From Mollicutes bacterium (GTDB lineage Bacteria > Bacillota_I > Bacilli_A > RF39 > UBA660): a stretch of 32,817 nucleotides of DNA. The notes beneath the pieces are model-generated. The model did not search any database, was not told the origin of the DNA, and saw only the letters and a list, made by a program, of their open reading frames with translations. Positions 10,744 to 19,445 of this stretch are shown here, one piece after another (position 1 is the stretch's first letter; each line of letters begins with the position of its first letter). The translations under genes and the position numbers were made by a program. Where the stretch lies: assembly GCA_012838395.1 (NCBI GenBank), contig DUPI01000008.1, positions 1-32,817 of the forward strand, written 5' to 3'.

Positions 10744-11716
10744 TTATTTTAATTTGATAACGTTCATAATATTAGGAACACTTTGTTCAACCTCGTTATG
10801 ATCAACAAGTATAACCTTTTTTAGGGTTTTTATATGATAAATCAGATAAATGTATAACCCCTAAGCATTGTTTTTGTTTATTTAAAACAGGATAGTTGCT
10901 ATATTTTGTTTTGTTCGTTATTCGCATAAAGTTTTCGACTGTATCAAGTTCATTAAAATATATAATATTGATATCATTATTTATTGTGTGTACATAATTA
11001 CATAAGTGAACTAATTTTGAAACTTTGAAGGTATCGTAAGGTGTTCTAATAATATTGACTCTATTTTTTTTGCTATATCCAAGTGTTTATCTTTTATAAT
11101 TGAATTATTAGTTAAAATAATTAATTTAGCTTTGTTTTTTTGTTGCGTATTCGTGAATGCTATGTCGGTCACCGATTATTAATATAGAATCATTATCGAT
11201 AGTTATGTTGTTGATAAACGTTGTACTTCCGTAAGAAGCAACAAGTATATTTCCTGAAACTTCATTATCAAATTTAAGAATTTCCTTACCATCTAACACC
11301 TGAATGATATTTTCGTAAAAAGAACGCAAATGATAAAAATCTCCCTCGATATGATCTTTAGTGATATCTTTCATTGAAATCATGTCTTTAAAAACTTTTT
11401 GTTCATCTACAATAGGTAGAGTACTAATATAATTATTATTCATATAATTATAAGCTGTAAGTATTGATTCATTCGTATGTATGAAATAGTTTTTTTGATA
11501 ATTAATATCTTTAATTTGTAGTTTCACATCATTTAAATACTCAGGTTGAGGGAAACCAAAATAATTTAAAACAAAATTTGTTTCAGAATTAATGTCTCCC
11601 AAAACTCTTGGAGAAGCATTTAATCCCTGTTTGTTTTTTAAATTAGCTAGTGTGATTGCAGCAGTAACACTAGCTGTATCTGGGACCCTATGTCCAAAAA
11701 CATAAATTTTTTCCAT
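10744..11716 (-). pseudogene. ppaC: Decayed, 3'-truncated CBS-domain family II inorganic pyrophosphatase (DHH-CBS-DRTGG-CBS architecture)
   Basis: The intact 196-codon ORF (11126..11716) encodes the DHH N-terminus (VFGHRVPDTAS), CBS1 and the DRTGG start (ILIIGDR). The reading continues in another frame after an A7 run (T7 on + at 11135-11141) as KLIILTNNSIIKDKHLDIAKKNRVNIIRTPYDTF...YPVLNKQKQCLGVI. After an A6 run (10817-10822) it continues in a third frame as KKVILVDHNEVEQSV. It stops about 10 nt from the mfd stop codon, so the rest of DHH and all of DHHA2 are absent. Confidence 0.75.
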
Positions 11717-11822
11717 AAATAACCTCCCTTAATGAACATTTTTAATTATATCATATTTAAAATTCTAAACAGTATAAAATAGTCATAAATAGACAAAATA
11801 TTATATAGAGAGTGAGGTAAAA

Positions 11823-12356
11823 ATGAAAAGTATAGGTATTGTAAGAAGAATAGATGAGATGGGCCGTATAGTTATCTCAAAGGAAATACGAAAAACCTTA
11901 AGAATAAATAGTAATGATAGTATTGAAATATATATAGAAGGTGAAGAAAAAATTATATTAAAAAAATATTCATTACTTAAAAAAATTGATGATTTTGCCC
12001 AAAAATTTGTTGATTCAATGTATAATTTTATTAAGTATAATATTATTATAACTGATACTAAGGATATTATAGCAGCGGCAGGACCTAATAAAAAAGACTA
12101 CTTGAATCAACCAATAAGTGAAGGTTTGGAAAATTCGATATTAAGGCGTGAAAATATATTGGAAAAGTATCAAAAGGATTATGAATTAATAAAAGGTAAA
12201 AAAGAAAATGGAACTTACGCAATTAGTACCATAATTACTAATGGTGATGCAGTTGGCTTATTAATAATTTCTTCAAGTGGGGAAGAAATAACTAAAACTG
12301 AAGAAAAAATTGTCAAAATAGCTTCGCAATTTTTAGGAAAATATCTTGAACAATAA
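11823..12356 (+). CDS. spoVT: AbrB/SpoVT-family transcriptional regulator, SpoVT-like (SpoVT-AbrB N-domain plus GAF-like C-domain)
   Basis: N-terminus GIVRRIDEMGRIVISKEIRKTLRI is the swapped-hairpin AbrB fold. The 177-aa length with a C-terminal domain fits SpoVT rather than the ~95-aa AbrB. Position directly after mfd matches B. subtilis. Confidence 0.8.
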   Translation: MKSIGIVRRIDEMGRIVISKEIRKTLRINSNDSIEIYIEGEEKIILKKYSLLKKIDDFAQKFVDSMYNFIKYNIIITDTKDIIAAAGPNKKDYLNQPISEGLENSILRRENILEKYQKDYELIKGKKENGTYAISTIITNGDAVGLLIISSSGEEITKTEEKIVKIASQFLGKYLEQ

Positions 12357-12374
12357 CCATGAATGTGTTATAAT
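12346..12374 (+). promoter_or_regulatory. sigma-A-type promoter of the T-box leader
   Basis: TTGAAC (12346-12351), 17-nt spacer, TATAAT (12369-12374), with an upstream TG (12366-12367). Overlaps the spoVT stop codon. Confidence 0.6.
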
Positions 12375-12380
12375 ATTATT

Positions 12381-12606
12381 GATTATTAGTTAAAGATTAT
12401 GAAGGAAAGAGAAATACAAATGTTTTTATAGAGACTTTGTGTATGGTGGAAGCAAAGAAAATATAGTATTTTAAATGGTTCTGGAATTGTTTAATCGATA
12501 CGTAGGTTAAACCGTATTAATGCGTTAAATATTTGAGAGTATAACATTAGTTATAAATTAAGGTGGTACCGCGTCATCACGTCCTTAACTGGATGTGATT
12601 TTTTTT
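12381..12606 (+). promoter_or_regulatory. T-box riboswitch leader (probable Met/AUG specifier) with intrinsic terminator
   Basis: Canonical T-box sequence AATTAAGGTGGTACCGCG at 12556-12573. Terminator stem ATCACGTCC (12576-12584) / GGATGTGAT (12591-12599) is followed by a T7 run, and its 5' arm is adjacent to the T-box as expected for an antiterminator/terminator switch. Stem I elements are AGAGA (12431-12435) and GGTGGAA (12445-12451). The candidate specifier AUG at 12475-12477 lies on the 3' side of stem I and is followed by a purine. Confidence 0.8.
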
Positions 12607-12621
12607 ATAGGGGGGAAGTAT

Positions 12622-13098
12622 ATGAATAGAGGTTTTGAAAAAGTTAGTTTTCCACAATTTAGAATGGATATTGTTGATAATAAAGAATTATATGATGAAT
12701 ATAATTTACCAGTAAGGAAAACAAAGAACAGCGCAGGTTATGATTTTTATGCAATTGAAGATATTGTTCTAAAACCTGGTGAAACAAAAAAAATACCAAC
12801 AGGCGTTAAAACTTATATGAATAATGATGAAGTATTAATGCTAGTTGTTAGAAGTAGTATGGGTTTTAAATATAATATTCGTCTTTGTAATCAGGTGGGA
12901 ATAATAGATGGTGATTATTATAATAATGAATCTAATGAAGGACACATTTGGGTAAGGTTACAAAATCATGGTGATGAAGAGGTTGTTATCCCACAAGGTA
13001 ATGCCTTTGTTCAAGGAATATTTACAAAATTTTTAATAGTGGATAATGAAGAAAAAATAGAAAAAGAAAGGACTGGAGGCTTTGGGAGCACCAGTTAG
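12622..13098 (+). CDS. dut: dUTP diphosphatase (trimeric dUTPase)
   Basis: Motifs SAGYDFYA, VVRSSMG, GIIDGDYY and C-terminal RTGGFGST. The ATG at 12622 is preceded by GGGGGAAG. The track's GTG at 12595 lies inside the T-box terminator stem and is rejected. Confidence 0.9.
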   Translation: MNRGFEKVSFPQFRMDIVDNKELYDEYNLPVRKTKNSAGYDFYAIEDIVLKPGETKKIPTGVKTYMNNDEVLMLVVRSSMGFKYNIRLCNQVGIIDGDYYNNESNEGHIWVRLQNHGDEEVVIPQGNAFVQGIFTKFLIVDNEEKIEKERTGGFGSTS

Positions 13099-13106
13099 GT
13101 GATAAA

Positions 13107-14684
13107 ATGAATGAAAATTTCAATATATATACAGCGATTGCGTATACATCGGGAAAACCACATATAGGTAATACCTATGAAGTTGTTCTAGCTGATGCTA
13201 TAGCACGTTATAAACGTTTGTTGGGTTATGATGTGTATTTTCAAACTGGTACTGATGAACATGGTCAAAAAATTGCTGAAAAAGCTTTTATAAATAACAA
13301 AAATAATCAAGAATTTGTTGATGAGGTTTCTCTCGAAGTAAGACGAATATGGGATGTTATGAATACGAGTTATGATAAATTCGTTAGAACAACAAATTCA
13401 ATGCATAAAGAAAAGGTTTCAAAAATTTTTGAAAAATTATATAAACAAGGTGATATATATAAAGGTTTTTATGAGGGGTTATACTGTACACCATGTGAAT
13501 CTTTTTTTACTGAATCACAATTAAATAATGGAAAGTGCCCAGATTGTTCACGTGAAGTTACATCTACAAAAGAAGAAGCTTATTTTTTTAAATTAAGTAA
13601 TTACGCTGAACAATTAGAACAGCACATAAACAATAATCCTGATTTTATAAAACCAGAAAGCCGCAAAAATGAAATTGTAAATAACTTTATAAAACCAGGA
13701 CTACAAGACCTTTGTGTATCTAGAACGTCATTTGATTGGGGGGTTCCTGTTACCTTTGATGAAAAGCATGTTATTTATGTTTGGATTGATGCTTTAAGTA
13801 ATTATATTACCTTTATTGGATATGATCCTGAAGGTCAGCATGAACCAATATTTTCTAATTTGTGGCCTGCCGATGTGCATATAATCGGAAAAGATATTTT
13901 AAGGTTTCATGTTATATATTGGCCAATAATGTTAATGGCATTAGATATACCGTTACCAAAACAAATTTTGGGTCATCCGTGGCTTTTATCAGGCGAAGAA
14001 AAAATGAGTAAGTCAAAAGGAAATATTGTTTATGCAGATGATTTAGTTAAATTATTTGATGTAGATTCTGTAAGACATTATATGTTAAGTCAAATGCCAT
14101 ATGCTAATGATGGAATATTTACTTACGAATTGATAATTGATAAAATCAATGCTGATTTAGTTAATAATTTAGGGAATTTACTGAATAGAACAATAAGCAT
14201 GGCCTATAAATATTTTGATGGTATTGTTCCCGAGCCTAAATCTTTAGAGGAAGTTGACAATTCATTAATTGATTGCGTAACAAACACACGAAAGGCAATT
14301 AATAATAAAATGGATGAATATAAAGTTTCTGAATCTATCAATTTGGTATTTGATATATTTAACCGAACAAATAAATATATTGATGAAACAATGCCTTGGG
14401 CATTGGCTAAAGATGTAGATAAACGTGATCGTTTAGCTACGGTAATATATAATCTTTTAGAAACAATTAGAATAGGTGCTGTTTTACTTCAACCATTCTT
14501 ACCAGAAACATCAGATAAAATCTTTTATCAATTAAATACATTAAATAAAAATTATGATTCAATAACAGGATTTGATGGCATGGATGTAGGAATAAAATTA
14601 AATCAACCAGAACCATTATTTTTAAGAATTGATAAAAATAAACGATTAGAAGAAATAGAAAACTATTATAAAAATAAACGGTAA
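13107..14684 (+). CDS. metG: Methionine--tRNA ligase (short form, no C-terminal Trbp111 domain)
   Basis: HIGN (GKPHIGNTYE), KMSKS (EKMSKSKGN), and zinc knuckle CTPCESF...CPDC. 525 aa. Confidence 0.95.
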   Translation: MNENFNIYTAIAYTSGKPHIGNTYEVVLADAIARYKRLLGYDVYFQTGTDEHGQKIAEKAFINNKNNQEFVDEVSLEVRRIWDVMNTSYDKFVRTTNSMHKEKVSKIFEKLYKQGDIYKGFYEGLYCTPCESFFTESQLNNGKCPDCSREVTSTKEEAYFFKLSNYAEQLEQHINNNPDFIKPESRKNEIVNNFIKPGLQDLCVSRTSFDWGVPVTFDEKHVIYVWIDALSNYITFIGYDPEGQHEPIFSNLWPADVHIIGKDILRFHVIYWPIMLMALDIPLPKQILGHPWLLSGEEKMSKSKGNIVYADDLVKLFDVDSVRHYMLSQMPYANDGIFTYELIIDKINADLVNNLGNLLNRTISMAYKYFDGIVPEPKSLEEVDNSLIDCVTNTRKAINNKMDEYKVSESINLVFDIFNRTNKYIDETMPWALAKDVDKRDRLATVIYNLLETIRIGAVLLQPFLPETSDKIFYQLNTLNKNYDSITGFDGMDVGIKLNQPEPLFLRIDKNKRLEEIENYYKNKR

Positions 14685-14788
14685 TGTAAAGTGTTGTAAA
14701 ATGTCTAAAAAAACAGATTGAAAAGTTTTGTAATCTTCAATTTGATATGTTATATTGGTAGTGTTGATAACGATAGAGAAAGGAAAAC

Positions 14789-14959
14789 ATGATTACTAAG
14801 GAGAATAAAGAGGTTAGAAGTGTAGCAGTTTGTTTAATTGTTATATTGTTGCTCAACTTAGGAAGTATTCTTCTCGAATTTGATACAGTAAATTTTATAT
14901 ATTTTATATTTGTTGTCTATGTATATCAAAAATATAAATATATAAATAAAATTGAATAA
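14789..14959 (+). CDS. Hypothetical small membrane protein (56 aa), not in the ORF track
   Basis: ATG preceded by AAAGGAAAAC. Translation is MITKENKEVRSVAVCLIVILLLNLGSILLEFDTVNFIYFIFVVYVYQKYKYINKIE, with two hydrophobic stretches. An extended -10 TGtTATATT lies at 14748-14756. No homolog recognised. Confidence 0.3.
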   Translation: MITKENKEVRSVAVCLIVILLLNLGSILLEFDTVNFIYFIFVVYVYQKYKYINKIE

Positions 14960-15002
14960 GAATTATACCACTTGTGGTATAATTTTCTTGTGGGGTGATA
15001 TT

Positions 15003-15767
15003 TTGATTATTGATACTCATTGTCATTTGTTTGATGAATATTATAGTAATTTAGACTTAATCATTAATAATATGAAAAGTAATATAATAGTAGTAAGTGG
15101 GTCCAACATAAAGACAAATCAAGAAGTAATTAAATTGTGTAACAAGTATGGCAATGTTTTTGGTACATTAGGTTTTCATCCGTCAGAATTAGATAACTTT
15201 GATAACAAGGACTTGGAGTTTATTGAAGAAAACATTAATAATCCGAAGATTATAGGAATAGGTGAGATTGGACTTGATTACTATTGGCAAACCGATAATA
15301 AAATTATTCAACAGACTGTATTTAAAAAACAATTAGATATTGCTTTAAAACATAACAAAGCTGTAGTGGTACACAGTCGCGAAGCTTTAACAGATACATA
15401 TAATATATTAAAACAAAAAAAATATAGAAATATGAAAATTGTTTTACATTGTTATAGTTATGATTTGGAAATGGCGAAAAAATTTACCAAATTAGGATTT
15501 ATGTTAGGTATTGGAGGAATAATAACCTTCAAAAATTCTGGAACTTTGCGTTCAGTAGTTAAAAATATAGATTTAAAGTATTTATTATTAGAAACTGATA
15601 GCCCTTATTTAGCTCCGACACCGTATAGAGGTAAAGTTAATGAACCCAAAAACGTTAAATTAGTAGCTGAAAAAATTGCTGAAATAAAAAATATTGATAT
15701 TGATGAGGTTTATAAAGTAACAACTAATAATGCTATCTGCCAATTTGACTTAAAAGATAAATTATGA
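15003..15767 (+). CDS. tatD: TatD-family metal-dependent DNase/hydrolase (YabD-like)
   Basis: IIDTHCHL at the N-terminus, GEIGLDYYW, HSREA, and LLETDSPYL. I prefer the TTG at 15003 (GGGGTGA RBS 5 nt upstream). The track's 14952 start adds 17 non-conserved residues and overlaps the upstream small ORF. Confidence 0.85.
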   Translation: MIIDTHCHLFDEYYSNLDLIINNMKSNIIVVSGSNIKTNQEVIKLCNKYGNVFGTLGFHPSELDNFDNKDLEFIEENINNPKIIGIGEIGLDYYWQTDNKIIQQTVFKKQLDIALKHNKAVVVHSREALTDTYNILKQKKYRNMKIVLHCYSYDLEMAKKFTKLGFMLGIGGIITFKNSGTLRSVVKNIDLKYLLLETDSPYLAPTPYRGKVNEPKNVKLVAEKIAEIKNIDIDEVYKVTTNNAICQFDLKDKL

Positions 15768-15804
15768 TAGAATTTTATTGTTAGATTTATATGAGGTGAA
15801 ATTT

Positions 15805-16506
15805 ATGAATTCTTATTTACTACAGTTTGTTGGTAAATGGATAAGTTTTTTAGTAGTTTCTATGACTTCTTTATTTGGCACGTACAATTTAAAGAGTGTA
15901 GAAATTATAAATACTAACGATAATTCAAATAAAAGTATGAATGTCACTCATAAAATCGTTGAGTATGAAACGATTGTGAATAGGACATCAAAGTTACCTT
16001 TGAATACAAAACGTATTGTAAAGAAAGGTAAAAATGGACTTGTTTATGAAAATAATGAAACAAAAACAGTTGAAGTAATTAAAAAAGCTGTTAATGAAGT
16101 AATTGAATTAGGAACTGGTCCAGCAGGTCAATTTCATGGTAGATTAACTGCCTATGGTGCAGACTGTAAAGGTTGTAGCGGAACAGTCGCTTATCGAACC
16201 AAAGAAAATAAAAATCATAATCTTTTAAGAGATGGTGTTATATATAATGATGAAGATTATGGTGAAATAAGAATCTTAGCAGCACCAAATGATGTATTTC
16301 AAAGAGGAACAATAATAGAAATAACACGTGAATCAGACGAACCATTTATTGGAGTTGTCTTAGATACCGGTGGTGCATTAAATAGCGCTTGGCGCAATGA
16401 TCAAAGGATTATCATTGATTTAGCGTTTGAAACTGAAAAAGACCCGGAAGTTTATAAAACTACAAGTAATAATGTAAAATACAAAGTTTTACGTTGGGGT
16501 TGGTAA
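15805..16506 (+). CDS. yabE: YabE-like secreted/cell-wall protein with G5 and 3D (RlpA-like double-psi beta-barrel) domains
   Basis: N-terminal TM/signal segment; G5-like segment VNRTSKLPLNTKRIVKKGKNGLV...EVIELGT; 3D-domain signature LTAYGADCKGCSG...VLDTGGA. Position after tatD matches B. subtilis. ATG at 15805 with a GAGGTGA RBS. Confidence 0.75.
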   Translation: MNSYLLQFVGKWISFLVVSMTSLFGTYNLKSVEIINTNDNSNKSMNVTHKIVEYETIVNRTSKLPLNTKRIVKKGKNGLVYENNETKTVEVIKKAVNEVIELGTGPAGQFHGRLTAYGADCKGCSGTVAYRTKENKNHNLLRDGVIYNDEDYGEIRILAAPNDVFQRGTIIEITRESDEPFIGVVLDTGGALNSAWRNDQRIIIDLAFETEKDPEVYKTTSNNVKYKVLRWGW

Positions 16507-16531
16507 GAAGACGGTAAGTCTTCTTTTTTTA
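16505..16531 (+). terminator. Rho-independent terminator after yabE
   Basis: AAGAAGAC (16505-16512) / GTCTTCTT (16518-16525) with a 5-nt loop, followed by a T-run. Confidence 0.75.
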
Positions 16532-16549
16532 TTAAATAAGGAGGAAAAA

Positions 16550-17383
16550 ATGAATTACTCATTTAAAAACATGAAATTAATGTTAGAACAAAAAAGGTTT
16601 GTTTTCAAAAAAAAGTACGGTCAAAATTTTATAATAGATGAAAATATTATTAATGCTATTATTAATAAAAGTGCTATTGACAAAGAAACTTTAGTAATTG
16701 AAATTGGTCCTGGTAGTGGGGCTTTGACCATCAAATTAGCAGAAACGGCTAAAAATGTTTTATGTTATGAAATAGATACAAGTTTACGAGAAATATTAAG
16801 TGATGTATTAAAAGATTGTAAAAATGTTGAAATTATTTATGATGATTTTTTAAAACGCAATGTTTTATTAGATATAAAAAAATATAAATATAATAGTCTT
16901 TATGTGGTTGCTAACTTACCATATTACATAACAACCCCGATAATTGTAAAATTAATTGAGGATAATATTGATGTTAAGAAAATTGTGGTTATGGTCCAAA
17001 AAGAAGTTGGAAATCGTTTCCGAGCTAAACCTGGAAGTCGAGATTATAATTCATTATCTGTTTTTCTTAATTATTTTTATGATGTTAAGAAAATTATGGA
17101 TGTTAGTAAAAATGTCTTTATGCCTAAGCCAAATGTTGATAGTATAGTAGTTGAGTTTAATAAAAAAGAAAAGAATTTATCAATAAAAAATAAGGAATTA
17201 TTTTTTAAGTTAATTAGAGATAGCTTTCGTCAAAAAAGAAAAACTATCAAAAATAATTTAAAAGGATATGATCTTGAAAAAGTTGAAAAAATTCTAAAAA
17301 AGCATAATTTAAGTTTATCTTCCCGTGCTGAACGAATCTCTACTGAAATCTTTGCTGAAATAGCTAATTATCTGGCTATTTGA
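16550..17383 (+). CDS. rsmA: 16S rRNA (adenine1518/1519-N6)-dimethyltransferase
   Basis: KKYGQNFIIDENI, EIGPGSGALT, NLPYYITTPI. AAGGAGG RBS. Confidence 0.95.
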   Translation: MNYSFKNMKLMLEQKRFVFKKKYGQNFIIDENIINAIINKSAIDKETLVIEIGPGSGALTIKLAETAKNVLCYEIDTSLREILSDVLKDCKNVEIIYDDFLKRNVLLDIKKYKYNSLYVVANLPYYITTPIIVKLIEDNIDVKKIVVMVQKEVGNRFRAKPGSRDYNSLSVFLNYFYDVKKIMDVSKNVFMPKPNVDSIVVEFNKKEKNLSIKNKELFFKLIRDSFRQKRKTIKNNLKGYDLEKVEKILKKHNLSLSSRAERISTEIFAEIANYLAI

Positions 17384-17392
17384 TAAAAATAT

Positions 17393-18052
17393 ATGATTAA
17401 TATAACAAATAATAAATGGGATGATATTTTGCAAGAAGAATATAAAAAAGACTATTTTCAACAACTACTTTCTTTTATAAAAACAGAATATAAAACTAAA
17501 AGAATATTTCCTAAATTTTACAACATTTTTAACGCTTTAATCATTACTGATTATGATGATGTTAAGGTTTTAATTTTAGGGCAAGATCCCTATCACCAAG
17601 TTAATCAAGCACACGGACTATCTTTTTCAGTTTATAATGAACAAAAAAGACCGCCATCTTTAAGAAATATTTTTAAAGAATTAAAAAATGATTTAGGAAT
17701 AGAACGCACCAATAATAATTTAAGTGATTGGGCAAAACAAGGTGTTTTATTATTAAATTCTATTTTAACTGTAGAAGAAGGTAAACCTTTGTCCCACAAA
17801 AATATTGGTTGGGAAAGATTTACTGATACTATTATTAAAAAAGTTAACTCTAGGAAAGAAACGGTTATTTTTGTTTTGTGGGGAAATTACGCAAAAGAAA
17901 AAAAGCGTTTAATTACAAATGAAAAGCATATAATAATTGAGGGAGTTCATCCTTCACCATTATCAGCAAGTCGTGGTTTTTTTGAAAGTAAGCCATTTTC
18001 ACAAATAAATATGATTTTAGAAAGAAGGGGCAATGTACCAATAAAATGGTAA
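17393..18052 (+). CDS. ung: Uracil-DNA glycosylase (family 1)
   Basis: Catalytic GQDPYH, LLLNSILTV, and HPSPLS motifs. Confidence 0.95.
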   Translation: MINITNNKWDDILQEEYKKDYFQQLLSFIKTEYKTKRIFPKFYNIFNALIITDYDDVKVLILGQDPYHQVNQAHGLSFSVYNEQKRPPSLRNIFKELKNDLGIERTNNNLSDWAKQGVLLLNSILTVEEGKPLSHKNIGWERFTDTIIKKVNSRKETVIFVLWGNYAKEKKRLITNEKHIIIEGVHPSPLSASRGFFESKPFSQINMILERRGNVPIKW

Positions 18053-18105
18053 AATAACTTGCTATCATCTTTTAAATATAATAAAATTAACATAGAGGTG
18101 TTAAA

Positions 18106-19431
18106 ATGGACAATGCATATAATTATTTAGTAGAAGAAGTAGGAATAAAATATGGCGATTCAATCGTTGTTGGTGTTTCTGGTGGACCTGATTCTATGGC
18201 ACTTTTGCATCTTTTAAGTAGAATAAAAAAAAGTTTAGACATTCAAATAATATGTGCCCATGTTCATCATAACCTGCGAAAAGAAAGTGATGAAGAAAAA
18301 GCGTTTGTAGAACACTTTTGTGCCAATTATGGTATTATCTTCGAATGGTATAAAATTAAAGATTATGGTGATGACAATTTTCATAACGAGGCTAGAAGTA
18401 TTAGATATAATTATTTTTCAAAAATTGTAAAAAAATATAATGCAAAGTATCTTTTTACCGCCCATCATGGTGACGATTTAATTGAAACCATTTTAATGCG
18501 TATAGTTAGAGGGTCAACTTTGCGTGGTTATAGTGGTTTTTCAAAAGTTGTTAATATGAAGGATTACGTTATTATTAGACCACTTATCAACGTTACTAAA
18601 GATGAAATCTATGATTATATTAAAAGACACAAAATTAAATATATAACAGATAATTCAAACGTAATGGATGTTTATACACGGAATCGTTTTCGCAAATATA
18701 TTGTTCCAGCTTTTAAAAAGGAAGAAGAAAAGGTTCACGAAAAATTTTATAAATTTAGTAAAACTTTGTTAGAATACAACAATTATATTGATAAAGAGGT
18801 TCAAAAAAAATTAAAAAAAATATATCCCCAAAATGTGTTAAATATTGAGGAGTTCAATAAAGAAGAATATGTTATACAAATGAAAATAATTTATTATATT
18901 TTGGAACAAATATATCAGGATGATTTAATGTTAATTACTGATCAACATGCTAAACTTGTATATAATTTAATCAAGTCCAAACGAGCTAATGTTAAAATTT
19001 ATTTACCAAACAACGTTAGGGCAATCAAATCGTATGATACTTTCGTTGTGGTTCAAGATAAAATGATTGATAATAAATATGAAATAGAATTAATTAATTA
19101 TATGAATTTACCTAATGGTCGTAACATAGAAGTTATATCTTCTTCTGAAATGACTAATAATTACTACTGTCGTTTAGATACAAGCGAAGTGATGATGCCA
19201 TTGCACGTTCGTACTAGGCAAAATGGCGATAAAATGTACGTTAAAGGTTTATTAGGGAGAAAAAAAATTAATGATATTTTTATTGATGAAAAAATATCAA
19301 CTATAGAAAGAGATTTGTGGCCTGTAGTTGTCGATTCAGCTGGCATTATTGTTTGGTTACCTGGTTTAAAAAAATCTAAATTTGATAAGTCAAAAAATGA
19401 AAAGTATGATATAATACTAAAATACTACTAA
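18106..19431 (+). CDS. tilS: tRNA(Ile)-lysidine synthase
   Basis: PP-loop SGGPDS, TAHHGDDLIETILMR, and a C-terminal substrate-binding domain (GDKMYVKGL...KKINDIFID). Confidence 0.9.
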   Translation: MDNAYNYLVEEVGIKYGDSIVVGVSGGPDSMALLHLLSRIKKSLDIQIICAHVHHNLRKESDEEKAFVEHFCANYGIIFEWYKIKDYGDDNFHNEARSIRYNYFSKIVKKYNAKYLFTAHHGDDLIETILMRIVRGSTLRGYSGFSKVVNMKDYVIIRPLINVTKDEIYDYIKRHKIKYITDNSNVMDVYTRNRFRKYIVPAFKKEEEKVHEKFYKFSKTLLEYNNYIDKEVQKKLKKIYPQNVLNIEEFNKEEYVIQMKIIYYILEQIYQDDLMLITDQHAKLVYNLIKSKRANVKIYLPNNVRAIKSYDTFVVVQDKMIDNKYEIELINYMNLPNGRNIEVISSSEMTNNYYCRLDTSEVMMPLHVRTRQNGDKMYVKGLLGRKKINDIFIDEKISTIERDLWPVVVDSAGIIVWLPGLKKSKFDKSKNEKYDIILKYY

Positions 19432-19445
19432 GGGAGGAGAATATA

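Noticed and set aside
11717-11822. A forespore sigma-G/sigma-F-type promoter upstream of spoVT (GTATA...CAAAATA-like elements near 11772-11800).
   Set aside because: Spacing and hexamer matches were ambiguous by eye, so I could not distinguish them from background AT-rich sequence.
12595-12621. 5' extensions proposed by the ORF track: dut from GTG 12595, tatD from 14952, the repeat protein from 21471, yutG from 22873, yabE from 15778, csp from 29223, and the NifU-like gene from 23964.
   Set aside because: In each case the extension runs through a terminator stem, a promoter hexamer or the RBS itself and adds non-conserved residues. An internal start with a properly spaced Shine-Dalgarno restores the conserved family N-terminus.
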